In this document: positions 1-9,832 of the stretch, piece by piece
Layout of the letters: each line of letters starts with the position of its first letter
Position numbering within the stretch: position 1 is the stretch's first letter
IMG/VR virus record: IMGVR_UViG_3300049173_000095
Coordinates: 1 to 40,593 of that record
Reading direction: 5' to 3' (one strand)
Origin: a virus
Lineage: Duplodnaviria > Caudoviricetes
Length of the DNA stretch: 40,593 bases
The notes under the pieces: generated by a model
The model's database searches: none
What the model was told of the DNA's origin: nothing
Seen by the model: the letters and a program-made list of their open reading frames with translations, nothing else
Position numbers and translations under genes: made by a program

Positions 1-37
1 GATGTGTGCACAGAATCTGGGATAGGGGGTCTGGATC

Positions 38-493
38 ATGGGGCGTACCGCGCAGCCCGCCGGCCTCAAGTTGATCAAGGGGCGGGGCGAGGGCAAGGAC
101 ACGGCGGGGCGGCCGGTCAACCCGGGGCCGGCGTTCAAGCGGGTACCGCCGGAGGCTCCGGAGTGGCTGACGGATGAGGCGCGCGCCGAGTGGGACCGGG
201 TGGTACCGGGGCTGACTCGGCTGGATCTGCTGAAGCCCGAGGACCGGGCCGTGCTGTCCAGCTACTGCGAGACGTGGGCGGTGTTCGTCGAGGCGACGCT
301 GACGGTGCAGCGTGAGGGGCTGACGATCGAGGCGAAGCAGGGCACGCTGGCGCATCCGGCTGTAGGCATCGCGCGTGCGGCCGGGCGGGAACTGCGCTCC
401 CTTGCCGCTCACTTCGGCCTGACCCCCTCGACGGAGCAGGCCCTGGCGCGAGGGGCTGACGATGGCGACGAGGAAGAGAACCCCTTCGCGTAA
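38..493 (+). CDS. terS: Terminase small subunit (P27 family-like)
   Basis: PEWL..EA..EW.RVVP.L, YCETW, HPAV..A and FGLTPS motifs; directly upstream of and overlapping the large terminase. Confidence 0.9.
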   Translation: MGRTAQPAGLKLIKGRGEGKDTAGRPVNPGPAFKRVPPEAPEWLTDEARAEWDRVVPGLTRLDLLKPEDRAVLSSYCETWAVFVEATLTVQREGLTIEAKQGTLAHPAVGIARAAGRELRSLAAHFGLTPSTEQALARGADDGDEEENPFA

Positions 494-2237
494 GCCGCCG
501 GCTGCGTACCTGGACGCTGCGCTGCTGGAGCGGTTGAAGCTGTCGCCTGAGGTCGCCTGGTACCTGGCGGAGCGGGGGATCCCGCTGCCGGACTGCGCGC
601 CGCTGATCAAGACGCCGGAGCCGCGAGAGGTTCCCGGAGCTCGGTTCGATCCGGGCCGCGTCGACAAGGTCATCAAGGCGTTTGGCCTGCTGCGCCACAC
701 GCAGGGGCAGTGGGCGGGGCAGCCGCTGCGGCCGGATCCGTGGCAGGTGGCGTACATCCTGGCCCCGGTGTTCGGCTGGGTCGTCTGGGATGACGACGCG
801 GGCATGTACGTGCGGATCATCCGTGAGCTGTTCGTGGATGTGCCGCGGAAGAACGGCAAGTCGACGCTGGCTGGTGGCATCTCGATCTATATGACGTGCG
901 CGGACGGGGAACCGGCCGCGCAGTGCATCACCGCGGCGACGACGAAGGAACAGGCCGGGTTCGTGTTCGAGCCGGTGCGGCGGCTCGCGGAGTCGGCGCC
1001 GGCGTTGAAGCGGCATGTGAGGCCGATGAAGGGGATCATCCTTCACCCGAAGTCGGGCTCGTACTTCAAGCCGATCAGCTCGGTGGCGGGTGCGCAGCAC
1101 GGCGCGAACCTGCACAACGCGATCATCGACGAGCTGCACGAGCACAAGACGCCCGAGCTGGTCGAGACGATCGAGACCGGCACGGGGTCGCGTCGGCAAC
1201 CGCTGATCGTCATCATCACGACGGCGGACGCGGGCAAGAAGGAGTCGATCTACGGCCGGAAGCGGGACCGGATCGAGCAGCTGGCCCGCGGGGTGTTCAC
1301 GGCCCCGTCGGTGTACGGCGTGGTGTTCGCGGTGCCGAAGGATGCCGACCCGTACAGCGAGGGGACGTGGAAGGCCGCGAACCCCGGGTACGGGGTGTCG
1401 CCGACACGCTCATATCTGGCGGCCCGCGCGGACGAGGCGAAGCAGAGCCCGGCGGATCTGGCGAAGTTCTTGCGCCTGCACCTGGGTGTGCGGACCAAGC
1501 AGCAGACGAAGTTCGTGACGCTGGAGTCGTGGCGTGCGAACCAGGCCCTCGTCGACGAGAAGAGGCTGAAGGGTCGGGAGGCGTATGGCGGCCTCGACCT
1601 GGGCAGCGTGTCGGACCTCAACGCGCTGGCGTGGCTGTTCCCGGACGACTCGGACGGGTCTCTGGACCTGGTGACGCGGTTTTGGACGCCGGAGGACAAC
1701 ATCCCGGCCCTGGACAAGCGGACGGCCGGCGCGGCGTCGCGGTGGGTGCGTGAGGGCTGGCTGCGGACGACTCCGGGGAACGTCACGGACTACGACTTCA
1801 TCAAGGAGCAGATCCGCCGGGACCTGGGCGCGTTCAAGGTCAAGGCGATCGGCTACGACCGGTGGAATTCCACGCAGCTCACCAACGATCTGGAGGGTGA
1901 GCGGGCGCCGCTGGTGAAGGTCGGGCAGGGGTTCGTGACGATGTCGCCGGCGCTGAAGGCGGTGCAGCGTCAGCTGCTGCTCGGCATGAAAGCGGTCGAG
2001 GCCGGGGGCCGTCCGATGCTGCGGCACGATGGCAGCCCGGTGATGGCGTGGATGGTCGACAACCTGGCAGTGGCCATGGATGCGGCCGGGAACGTGAAGC
2101 CGGACAAGGCGAACAGCGGCGAGAAGATCGACGGCGTGTCGGCGCTGTGTGACGCGATGTCCGAGGTGCTGGCGCGGCCGCCGCGGCGGAAGTCGGCGTA
2201 TGCGGATGAGGACGACGACGAACTGATGGTCGTGTAG
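462..2237 (+). CDS. terL: Terminase large subunit
   Basis: Walker A VPRKNGKST, Walker B IIDELHEH, nuclease GGLDLGSVSD and C-terminal KIDGVSAL motifs. Confidence 0.97.
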   Translation: MATRKRTPSRKPPAAYLDAALLERLKLSPEVAWYLAERGIPLPDCAPLIKTPEPREVPGARFDPGRVDKVIKAFGLLRHTQGQWAGQPLRPDPWQVAYILAPVFGWVVWDDDAGMYVRIIRELFVDVPRKNGKSTLAGGISIYMTCADGEPAAQCITAATTKEQAGFVFEPVRRLAESAPALKRHVRPMKGIILHPKSGSYFKPISSVAGAQHGANLHNAIIDELHEHKTPELVETIETGTGSRRQPLIVIITTADAGKKESIYGRKRDRIEQLARGVFTAPSVYGVVFAVPKDADPYSEGTWKAANPGYGVSPTRSYLAARADEAKQSPADLAKFLRLHLGVRTKQQTKFVTLESWRANQALVDEKRLKGREAYGGLDLGSVSDLNALAWLFPDDSDGSLDLVTRFWTPEDNIPALDKRTAGAASRWVREGWLRTTPGNVTDYDFIKEQIRRDLGAFKVKAIGYDRWNSTQLTNDLEGERAPLVKVGQGFVTMSPALKAVQRQLLLGMKAVEAGGRPMLRHDGSPVMAWMVDNLAVAMDAAGNVKPDKANSGEKIDGVSALCDAMSEVLARPPRRKSAYADEDDDELMVV

Positions 2238-2258
2238 CGGCCGGGAGAGGGGGCCGCG

Positions 2259-2480
2259 GTGTTCGCGTGGCGGCGTACGGCGGTTCGGCGGCGGGTCGTG
2301 GTGAACCTGACGGACAGGGCGTTCGACGGGGTGCTGTGGGCGCGGCGGGGGCCGCTGCTGGTGCTGCGGGACGTGCAGTTGCTGGAGGCCGGGCGGGCGC
2401 CGCAGCGGGTGGATGGCGAGGTCGTCATCGAGCGGGCCCGTGTGGAGTTCATGCAGGTGCTGGCGGGCGGGGGTGGCTGA
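2259..2480 (+). CDS. Small hypothetical protein between terminase and portal
   Basis: GTG start after GGGAGAGG; fills the gap between terL and portal. Confidence 0.7.
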   Translation: MFAWRRTAVRRRVVVNLTDRAFDGVLWARRGPLLVLRDVQLLEAGRAPQRVDGEVVIERARVEFMQVLAGGGG

Positions 2481-2482
2481 CC

Positions 2483-4417
2483 GTGTCGTTCGTTGTCTCC
2501 TCGGGTCAGCTGTCGGTGACGGGCGCTGGGGTGACGCCTGGGTATGCGGCGATGCCGTTGCCGGCGGCGCCGTGGGAGTTCGCGGAGATCTGGCGTACCC
2601 AGCCGCAGGTCCGGACGGTGATCGGTTTCCTGGCGCGCAATGTCGCCCAGCTCGGTGTGCACGTGTTCCGGCGGCTGTCGGATACGGACCGGGAGCGGCT
2701 GACGGATCACCCGCTGGCGCAGTTGCTGGCGGAGCCGGTGCCGCGGATGACGACGTTTCGGTGGGTGGAGCGGCTGGTGTCGGACGTGGCGTTGTACGAC
2801 AACGCGTACGGCATCAAGCTGCGGCTGGATGGCCGGCTGCGGGTGCTGCCGGTGCCGTCGACGCTGATCCGGCCGCACGGCGGGAACTGGATCGCCCCGG
2901 AGTATTACGAGACGGCGGGCGGCCGGGATTTCGCGGTCGAGGATGTGGTGCACATCCACGGCTACTCGCCGGAGGGGCTGACGTGCGGGTCTTCGCCGAT
3001 TGAGTCGCTGCGGGAGCTGCTCTTGGAGTCGTCGGAGTCCGCGAAGACGCGCGCGCAGATGTGGCGGGGCGGCGCGCGGATGACGGGTGTGCTCCAGCGG
3101 CCGGCTGACGCCCCGGAGTGGGGGGCGAAGGACAAGCTGAGGTTCCGCGAGATGTGGCGGAGTTTCACGCAGGGCGGCGGCGCGGAGGGTGGTACGCCCA
3201 TCCTGGAGGACGGGATGGAGTACAAGCCGGTTGGGTTCGACCCGAAGGCGGCGCAGTACATCGAGGCGCGGAAGCTGACGCGCGAGGAGGTCAGCGCGGC
3301 GTACTTCATTCCGCCGCCGCTGATCGGGATCTTGGATCACGCGACGTACAGCAACATCAAGGAGCAGCACGCCCACCTGTACCAGGACACGTTGGGGCCG
3401 TGGCTGGTGATGCTGGAGCAGGAGTTCGGCGCGCAGATCCTGCCGGACCTACCGGGCGACAACACGGGCGTGTACGCGGAGTTCAACATCCAGGCGAAGA
3501 TGCGCGGCTCGTTCGAGGAGCAGGCGGCCGCGGCGTCCACGGCGACGGGCGGGCCGTGGATGACCCGCAACGAGATCCGGGCGCGCAACAACCTGCCGGC
3601 GGTGGAGGGCGGCGACGAGCTGATCGTGCCCATGAACGTCACCGAGGGCGGCCTCGCGTCGCCGCGGGATACGGCGCCGGAGCCGGATGCGCTCCCAAAA
3701 GCGCGGGGCCTGGCGCTGGTCAAGAGCGGCAGGCCGGCTGATCTGGGCACCGGCGTGGCGGAGCAGGACGACCTGACGACGGCGCTGGTGCGGTGGACGG
3801 AGAAGGCCGCGGGGAAGCTCCTCGATGCGGCCGGTGCCAAGGCCGGCGGGGTGCCGGATCTGCTGGCGCTGTGGGCCGAGGGCCACGAGGACCGGCTCGC
3901 GCAGCTGCAGACACTGCTGGCCGACCACGGGTATCGGTTGGCGCAGGTCGGCGCGTGGGAGGTGCTCGCCGAGCACAACCCGGCGGGCGAGGGCTGGTCG
4001 GCTGAGGTGATGCTCGCGTGGATCCTGGCGGCCGCGCAGACGCACGCCGAGCAGCATGAGGAGGCCGGCCGTAAGGCGGTGGCTGCGGTGCAGGACGAGG
4101 GCGGCGACAGCTGGCGCGAGGGACTGACGGCGGCGGCCGGCGCGTGGGCGGTGGCCGCGGACATGCGGGCCGCGACCGCGGCGACGGAGCTGCGTTCGTT
4201 CGGCGGGCACGATGCGGCCGAGGCGTCGGGCCTCGACAAGAAGATCTGGCGGACCGGCGGCAAGAACCCGCGGCCGTCGCACAAGGCGCAGGACGGCGAG
4301 GCCGTGAGCCTCGACGACGTATTCAGCAACGGCCTGCGCTGGCCGGGCGACGGCAAGGGCGCGGCCAAGGAAACCGCGCGATGCACCTGCACTCTCGACT
4401 ATGCGAAGGAGGGATGA
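2483..4417 (+). CDS. HK97-type portal protein with C-terminal MuF-like (head morphogenesis) domain
   Basis: Portal motifs VVHIHGYS, GSSPIESL, ILEDGMEY, ATYSNI, MTRNEIRARNNLP; C-terminal KKIWRT..PRPSH..DGE.V..F.NGL.WPGD..RCTC; GTG at 2483 preferred to the ORF-track start 2267. Confidence 0.9.
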   Translation: MSFVVSSGQLSVTGAGVTPGYAAMPLPAAPWEFAEIWRTQPQVRTVIGFLARNVAQLGVHVFRRLSDTDRERLTDHPLAQLLAEPVPRMTTFRWVERLVSDVALYDNAYGIKLRLDGRLRVLPVPSTLIRPHGGNWIAPEYYETAGGRDFAVEDVVHIHGYSPEGLTCGSSPIESLRELLLESSESAKTRAQMWRGGARMTGVLQRPADAPEWGAKDKLRFREMWRSFTQGGGAEGGTPILEDGMEYKPVGFDPKAAQYIEARKLTREEVSAAYFIPPPLIGILDHATYSNIKEQHAHLYQDTLGPWLVMLEQEFGAQILPDLPGDNTGVYAEFNIQAKMRGSFEEQAAAASTATGGPWMTRNEIRARNNLPAVEGGDELIVPMNVTEGGLASPRDTAPEPDALPKARGLALVKSGRPADLGTGVAEQDDLTTALVRWTEKAAGKLLDAAGAKAGGVPDLLALWAEGHEDRLAQLQTLLADHGYRLAQVGAWEVLAEHNPAGEGWSAEVMLAWILAAAQTHAEQHEEAGRKAVAAVQDEGGDSWREGLTAAAGAWAVAADMRAATAATELRSFGGHDAAEASGLDKKIWRTGGKNPRPSHKAQDGEAVSLDDVFSNGLRWPGDGKGAAKETARCTCTLDYAKEG

Positions 4418-4421
4418 CGCC

Positions 4422-5381
4422 GTGCGTACGAAGGACTTTGCCGCGAAGGTGAAGGCGGCGGGCGTCGCCGACGGCCTGGCCGAGGGGCAGTTCACGGCCC
4501 TGGTGTCGGTGTTCGGCAACGAGGACAGCGTGGGGGACATCGTTCGCCCGGGCGCGTTCACGGAGACGCTGGCGAAGTGGTCCGAGAAGGGCGACCCGAT
4601 TCCCGTGATCTGGTCGCACGCGTGGGGTGACCCCTTCGCGCACATCGGCACGGTGATCAAGGCGCAGGAGACCCTGCAGGGGCTGGAGGTCACCGGCCAG
4701 ATCGACGACCTGGACACCAACCCGACCGCGCAGCAGGTGTACCGGCTGCTGAAGGGCCGCCGCGTCACGCAGTTCTCGTTCGCGTACGACGTGAACGAGG
4801 GCGCGTGGGTGGCGGACGACGAGCACCCGTGGGGCGGCTACTACGAGCTGCGCAAAGTGTCCCTGCACGAGGTGGGGCCGTGTCTGGTCGGCGCGAACCA
4901 GGAGACGGAGCTGCTGGCGGCGAAGGCGAGCAGCATCGCCCGCGGCGCGAAGGCCGGCCGTGTCCTGTCACAGAAGAACTTCGAGACGCTGACCAGCGCG
5001 TACGAGTCGATCGGTGAGGTGCTGTCCAGCGCCACCCCGGAGAAGGCCGGCGCGCCGAAGAAGACCACGACCGAGGAGCCCGGCCAGCCGGGCCCTGCGG
5101 CGGCCGCAGCCGAACCGTCTGCCGCCCAGCCCGCGGAGGCCCCGCCCGCCAAGGGATCGACCTCGGATGACGAGCTGGCGGCCCGCGTGGCCGAACTCGT
5201 GGCCGCGGAACTCGCCAAGGCGACCGCGGCCGGCAGCACAACGACCGACTGCAGCACCGAGGACGAGACCACGCCGGACCTTCGCGAAGCGCCCGAGGGC
5301 GCCGCCCAGGCCGACGCCGCCTCTGCCCGTCTGCGCCAGTCCCTCGAACTCCTGGAGTTCGAGGCATCGCTCACGGAATGA
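4422..5381 (+). CDS. HK97-family prohead (capsid maturation) protease
   Basis: SVFGNEDSVGDIVRPGAF, WSH, FSFAY, LHEVGPCLVGAN; AAGGAGG RBS before GTG 4422; long low-complexity C-terminal tail. Confidence 0.92.
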   Translation: MRTKDFAAKVKAAGVADGLAEGQFTALVSVFGNEDSVGDIVRPGAFTETLAKWSEKGDPIPVIWSHAWGDPFAHIGTVIKAQETLQGLEVTGQIDDLDTNPTAQQVYRLLKGRRVTQFSFAYDVNEGAWVADDEHPWGGYYELRKVSLHEVGPCLVGANQETELLAAKASSIARGAKAGRVLSQKNFETLTSAYESIGEVLSSATPEKAGAPKKTTTEEPGQPGPAAAAAEPSAAQPAEAPPAKGSTSDDELAARVAELVAAELAKATAAGSTTTDCSTEDETTPDLREAPEGAAQADAASARLRQSLELLEFEASLTE

Positions 5382-5391
5382 GGACACGAAC

Positions 5392-6720
5392 ATGCCGACC
5401 ATGACCATCGCGGATCTCACCGGCCAGATGAAGCACGCCCTGACCGAGGCGCGTGCCATCGCCAAGAAGGCCGAGGACGAGAACCGGGACTTCACCCCGG
5501 AGGAGGCCACCAGCCTCCGGGAGCACATGGCCAAGGCCACCGAGGCGAAGGCCGACATCGAGAAGCTGAAGGGCAACGACGAGCTGCGCAAGACGCTCGC
5601 CGACCTCGGCGACGACATCGCGCTGAACGCCAAGACCGACGACGACGGCCATCGCCGCACCGCGTCCGGCTTCGAGCTGCCCGACCGGCGCAAGAGCGTC
5701 GGTGAGCAGTTCACCGACTCCGCTGAGTACAAGGCACTGCTGGCCACCGCGCCCTCCGGGACGTTCGGCGCCAAGCAGCGTGTGCAGTCCGGCCTGGCCG
5801 GGTTCAAGTCGCTGGTCACCGGCGTCTCCGACACCAGCGCCGGCGCGTTCGTCACCAACGACCAGCTTGGCCTGCAGGTCGGCCTGGACGTGTTCCAGCG
5901 GCCGCTCCGGCTGCGGGACGTCGTCACGTCCGGCACGACGACCAGTGACACGGTCGAGTACGTGCGGATGACCAGCATCACCAACAACGCCGCGCCGGTG
6001 GCCGAGGCGACCACCTCGGCGGCGCCGACCGCCCCGGGCAGCGCGGGCGCCCTGGTGAATGCCGCCGGCGGCGGTTACAAGCCCGAATCGGCCCTGGCCG
6101 CGGCGCGGGTTACCGCGCCGGTGCGGACGATCGCGCACTGGATCCCGATCACCAAGCGCGCCCTCAGCGACGCGGCGCAGGTCAGGACGTTGATCGACGC
6201 GTTCCTCCGCTACGGGCTGGAGGAGGAACTCGAAGACCAGATGGTGTCCGGTGACGGCACCGGCGAGAACTTCGAGGGCGTCGGCAACGTCTCCGGGGTG
6301 CAGGCGCAGACCTGGGACACCAACGCGCTGGTGACGCTCCGGAAGGCCAAGACGAAGGTGCGCACCGTTGGGCGCTCCGTGCCGAACGCGTACCTGCTCA
6401 ACCCGGCGGACGTCGAGACGATTGACCTGCTGCAGGACAACGAGGGGCGCTTCTACTTCGGGGGGCCGTCCGGCGTCGGCACGGCGTCGATGCTGTGGGG
6501 CCTGCCGGTCATCGAGACCGAGGCCGTTCCGGCCGGAACCGGCTACGTCGGCGACTGGCGCAAGAGCATCCTGTGGGACCGCGAGCAGGCCACCATCCAG
6601 ATGACCGACTCCCACCTGGACTTCTTCGTCCGGAACCTCGTCGCGATCCTCGCCGAGATGCGCGCGGCCTTCGGTGTCATCCAGCCGAACGCGTTCGTCG
6701 AGGTCGACCTGACCGCCTGA
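5392..6720 (+). CDS. Major capsid protein (HK97 fold)
   Basis: N-terminal coiled delta domain, KPES, TIAHWIPITKRALSDA, LWGLPV, FVRNLVAILAEMR; GAGGA RBS before ATG 5392. Confidence 0.95.
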   Translation: MPTMTIADLTGQMKHALTEARAIAKKAEDENRDFTPEEATSLREHMAKATEAKADIEKLKGNDELRKTLADLGDDIALNAKTDDDGHRRTASGFELPDRRKSVGEQFTDSAEYKALLATAPSGTFGAKQRVQSGLAGFKSLVTGVSDTSAGAFVTNDQLGLQVGLDVFQRPLRLRDVVTSGTTTSDTVEYVRMTSITNNAAPVAEATTSAAPTAPGSAGALVNAAGGGYKPESALAAARVTAPVRTIAHWIPITKRALSDAAQVRTLIDAFLRYGLEEELEDQMVSGDGTGENFEGVGNVSGVQAQTWDTNALVTLRKAKTKVRTVGRSVPNAYLLNPADVETIDLLQDNEGRFYFGGPSGVGTASMLWGLPVIETEAVPAGTGYVGDWRKSILWDREQATIQMTDSHLDFFVRNLVAILAEMRAAFGVIQPNAFVEVDLTA

Positions 6721-6734
6721 GAGGAGGCAGCACC

Positions 6735-6947
6735 ATGGCATACCTGAACCAGCCTGCGGGCGCCGCCCGGGAAGGCCGGCAGACAGCGGCCGTGGCAAAC
6801 GCCACGAACGCCACCGCGGCGGCCGCGGCGGGATCGACACCGACGAAGGCGGAGTACGACGCGCTGCTGGCCGACGTCAACACGCTGCGCACCAAGCTGA
6901 ACGCGCTGCTGGCGGCCATGCGCACATCCGGCCAGCTCGCGCCCTGA
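6735..6947 (+). CDS. Small head-associated protein (head fiber/decoration-like)
   Basis: GAGGAGG RBS; 70 aa with PTKAEYDALLADVNTLRTKLNALLAAMR coiled motif; directly after capsid. Confidence 0.65.
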   Translation: MAYLNQPAGAAREGRQTAAVANATNATAAAAAGSTPTKAEYDALLADVNTLRTKLNALLAAMRTSGQLAP

Positions 6948-6948
6948 C

Positions 6949-7323
6949 GTGCTGCTCACCCACCGCACCGTTGGCGGGCGGTGTCCGTGCGGCGCGGAAC
7001 ACGCGGCGTGCGGCCCGCCCTCCGACACGGTGCCGGTCGACGCTCGAATCGAGGAGGTGGCCGCCGTGGGCGGACCGCTGCGCAAGTACAACGTCCGGAT
7101 GCCCTCCGGCACCCAGACGGTCATGAAGTTCAACGACGAGGAGGCCAACGCGCGCGGCCTGTCAGCCGATGACCTGGCGGACGCATCTGCGCCCCACGTC
7201 GAGGTGCAGGCAGAGGGTGCAGACACCGAGGGGCAGGCGGACGCCAAGATGGCGCCGCCCGCGCAGAACAAGGCGCGCGCGGCGTCGGCGAACAAGGGCC
7301 GCGGTGCCCGCGGTGGCAGCTGA
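6949..7323 (+). CDS. Hypothetical protein (post-capsid; start may be an internal GTG near 7066)
   Basis: Fills gap; C-terminal KMAPPAQNKAR motif typical of small post-capsid genes; internal GAGGAGG RBS. Confidence 0.6.
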   Translation: MLLTHRTVGGRCPCGAEHAACGPPSDTVPVDARIEEVAAVGGPLRKYNVRMPSGTQTVMKFNDEEANARGLSADDLADASAPHVEVQAEGADTEGQADAKMAPPAQNKARAASANKGRGARGGS

Positions 7324-7867
7324 CGAGTTCCTCGCCGACCCGGCCGAGCTGGCGACCTGGCTGGGCCGGGACGAGGACGACCCCAAGCTGCTCGCCGCCC
7401 TGCGCGCCGCCAGCCGCCGGTTTCGCGGCGCGGTCGGTCACCTGGTGACGCTCGTGACGGACGAGGTGGTGACGCTGGACGGCAACGGCCGCGAGTCACT
7501 GTTGCTGCCGGTGTGGCCGACGGTCGCTGTGGCGGGTGTGCTGCTCGACGGCCAGGAGGTGGTCGACGGTACGGACTTCGCTTGGTCTGACGCCGGCATG
7601 CTGCGGCGGCTGGGCGGTGAGCGGTGGCCGGACCGTCTGCGGTGTGTGCAGGTCACGTACACGCACGGGTGGACAGACGTCCCCGAGGACATCCAAGAGG
7701 CAGTCATCGATCAGGCCCGGACCATCTTCACCGTGCGGCCCGGCCTGCAGACCATGCAGACGGGCGGCCAGACCCTCACGTTCGGGGCGACGGCCGCGAC
7801 CGGCGTAACGGACCAGTGGGCGCGTGCGGTTGACCGGCACAAGGTCCGCACGGGCGGGGACGTGTGA
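7313..7867 (+). CDS. Head-to-tail adaptor
   Basis: LADPAELA, VQVTYTHGW..VPEDIQEAV motifs; position in head-tail module. Confidence 0.8.
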   Translation: MAADEFLADPAELATWLGRDEDDPKLLAALRAASRRFRGAVGHLVTLVTDEVVTLDGNGRESLLLPVWPTVAVAGVLLDGQEVVDGTDFAWSDAGMLRRLGGERWPDRLRCVQVTYTHGWTDVPEDIQEAVIDQARTIFTVRPGLQTMQTGGQTLTFGATAATGVTDQWARAVDRHKVRTGGDV

Positions 7868-8211
7868 TGTTCTTCGACACCATCGTGCGGGTGCGAGCCG
7901 GCACACGAACGGACCGCGGCGGGAACACCGTCAAGGACTGGTCGCCGGGCGCAGTAACCCGGCTCACCGTGGACGAGGTCAACGTGCAGCCGAACACCCA
8001 GACCGAGGCGACCGATCCGGGCCGAACCGCGGTGGTGACCGGGTGGCGGGTGCAGTCCGCGCCGGGCACCTCGCCCGACGTGACGGCCGCGGACCGGATC
8101 GAATGGCGCGGCATGACCTGTGAGGTGCAGGGCGAGGTAGCCCAGTGGCCCGATCCGCTCGACGGCTCGGTGCACCACGTCGAGTTCACGATGACCCGGG
8201 CGACGGGATAG
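7864..8211 (+). CDS. Head-to-tail stopper (head closure)
   Basis: DRGGN..DW, DRIEWRG..EVQGE, HHVEF; GTGA overlap with adaptor. Confidence 0.8.
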   Translation: MMFFDTIVRVRAGTRTDRGGNTVKDWSPGAVTRLTVDEVNVQPNTQTEATDPGRTAVVTGWRVQSAPGTSPDVTAADRIEWRGMTCEVQGEVAQWPDPLDGSVHHVEFTMTRATG

Positions 8212-8220
8212 GAGGCCGCT

Positions 8221-8496
8221 GTGCTGAAGAGTTTCCGTCTCGACTCCCGCGGCGTGCGGGAGGTCCTGCAATCCCAGGAGGTCCGCACCCTCGTGGACGG
8301 CGTGGCGGCCAGCATCGCCGATCACGTCCGGGGCCAGGTGGGTATGGCCAAGGTCGTTGTCCGCTCGTACACCACGGACCGAGGCGCGGCCACGGTCGAG
8401 GTACAGGACGCGCGCGCCATGTCCTGGCAGGCCCGGGACGGCATCCTGACACGCGCGGCCGGGCGCGTGGGCCTGGAAGTGAAGGCGGTCGAATGA
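8221..8496 (+). CDS. Neck/tail completion-region protein (HK97 gp10-like position)
   Basis: AGGAGG RBS; synteny between stopper and tail terminator. Confidence 0.6.
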   Translation: MLKSFRLDSRGVREVLQSQEVRTLVDGVAASIADHVRGQVGMAKVVVRSYTTDRGAATVEVQDARAMSWQARDGILTRAAGRVGLEVKAVE

Positions 8497-8915
8497 AGCC
8501 CCTGGTCGTCTTCGGGGACGTCCAGGCCGCGGGGGCGGAGGTGCTGCGTACGGCTCTGGCAAGGCGGCCGGAGTCGTACGCAGCAGGTGTCACCGTCGGC
8601 ACGCGTGTGCCGGGCGACCGGTCACCGGAGGCCCCTCACCTGCCGTACGTCCTGGTCGCCAAGGACTCTGACACCCCGCATCCGTCCATGGCCAACGCCC
8701 GGTGCACGTTGCGCATCACGGTGTGGCACGAAGACGCCGACCAGGCGCACGACCTGGCGATGCTGTGCCAGGCCCTGATGGTCGTGCACTCCGGGTCCGT
8801 CATCCGCGGTGTGCGGCCTGGTATCGGACCGCTTCCGGCGGTCGACGACAAGTCTGGTGTGGACCTGAGTACGTGCACTGTCCTCGCCAATGTCCGGCCA
8901 ACGGTACTGGCCTGA
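8493..8915 (+). CDS. Tail terminator protein
   Basis: ATGA overlap; LRITVWH..DQAHDLA pattern; directly before major tail gene. Confidence 0.72.
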   Translation: MKPLVVFGDVQAAGAEVLRTALARRPESYAAGVTVGTRVPGDRSPEAPHLPYVLVAKDSDTPHPSMANARCTLRITVWHEDADQAHDLAMLCQALMVVHSGSVIRGVRPGIGPLPAVDDKSGVDLSTCTVLANVRPTVLA

Positions 8916-8968
8916 CCCTTCTACAAACCGCGGCAAACCCCTGTACCTGATCTCTTGAGGAGGACGCC

Positions 8969-9745
8969 GTGGCCGGCGACCCGAGCAACGCATCACTGTG
9001 GACCGACGCCGACGTGTACGTCGGCCCCCTCTCGGCGGTGAATCCCGCCAACGCCAACACGCCGTTCGGCTCGGACTGGGGCCTGGTGGGGCTTCTGGAC
9101 GGCGACGACGGCATGCCCGAGTCCCGCGACGAGGACACCGACGACAAGTACGCCTGGGGCGGCATCCTCGTCCGCACCAGCCGCGCGCACTTCAAGCTGA
9201 CGAAGTCGTTCTCCGCGCTGGAGGACAACCCGACCACGCGCAGCCTGATCTGGCCCGGCTCGTCGGAAACCGAGATCGTCGTCCCGGTTCCCGTGCCGGT
9301 GAAGGTGGCGTTCGAGGTCAGGGACTCCGGAACCGGGAAGATCCACCGGGTGATCACCCGCCGGCACGCCATCATCGAGGTGGATGGCGACGTCGACCAG
9401 AACGAAACCGACCTGACCAAGGTGACTCTGGCCGCGACGATCTACCCCGACAGCGACAAGGTTCTGTTCGACCGGCAGACCACCCCGGTGCTGGCCAGTA
9501 TCGCGGTGTCCCCGACCACCCGAAGCCTGGTGGTCGCCGACATCGCCGGCCTCACCGCGACCGCCACGTACGACGACTCCTCGACCGTCGACATCACGGC
9601 GGCCGCCACGTGGACGTCCAGCGCGCCGTCGAAGGCCACAGTGTCCGCAGGGTTCGTTACCGGTGTCGCGGCCGGATCGGCGACGGTCACCGCGGCGTAC
9701 TCCGGCATGACCGCCACGTGCGCCGTCACTGTCACGTCGTCCTGA
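8969..9745 (+). CDS. Major tail (tube) protein with C-terminal Ig-like domain
   Basis: GAGGAGG RBS; WG.VGLLDGD.G, AWGG.LVRTS; C-terminal SIAVSP..LTATATY..WTSS..ATVS.G.VTGVAAG.ATVTA (Big_2-like). Confidence 0.9.
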   Translation: MAGDPSNASLWTDADVYVGPLSAVNPANANTPFGSDWGLVGLLDGDDGMPESRDEDTDDKYAWGGILVRTSRAHFKLTKSFSALEDNPTTRSLIWPGSSETEIVVPVPVPVKVAFEVRDSGTGKIHRVITRRHAIIEVDGDVDQNETDLTKVTLAATIYPDSDKVLFDRQTTPVLASIAVSPTTRSLVVADIAGLTATATYDDSSTVDITAAATWTSSAPSKATVSAGFVTGVAAGSATVTAAYSGMTATCAVTVTSS

Positions 9746-9751
9746 CAGACC

Positions 9752-9827
9752 GCCGGGGCGCGGGTGTTCGTCGCGGTTCGGCCGCGCCCCGGTGCACCAC
9801 CCAGCCGCGACACAACCGCGACAGGAG
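9752..9827 (+). promoter_or_regulatory. Hairpin/pseudoknot next to the RBS of the 9833 gene
   Basis: 12-bp stem 9752-9763/9782-9793; loop GTCGCGGTT (9770-9778) complementary to AACCGCGAC (9814-9822) and, with one G-U pair, AGCCGCGAC (9803-9811). Confidence 0.6.
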
Positions 9828-9832
9828 CATGC

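Noticed and set aside
1-37. cos/genome terminus at window start
   Set aside because: The position before terS is compatible with a left end, but no cohesive-end sequence can be identified without the other end or read data.
2267-2482. Long N-terminal extensions in the ORF track (also 5014, 19980, 23305, 35612, 36691 starts)
   Set aside because: They overlap upstream genes; downstream starts with an RBS or translational coupling fit better.
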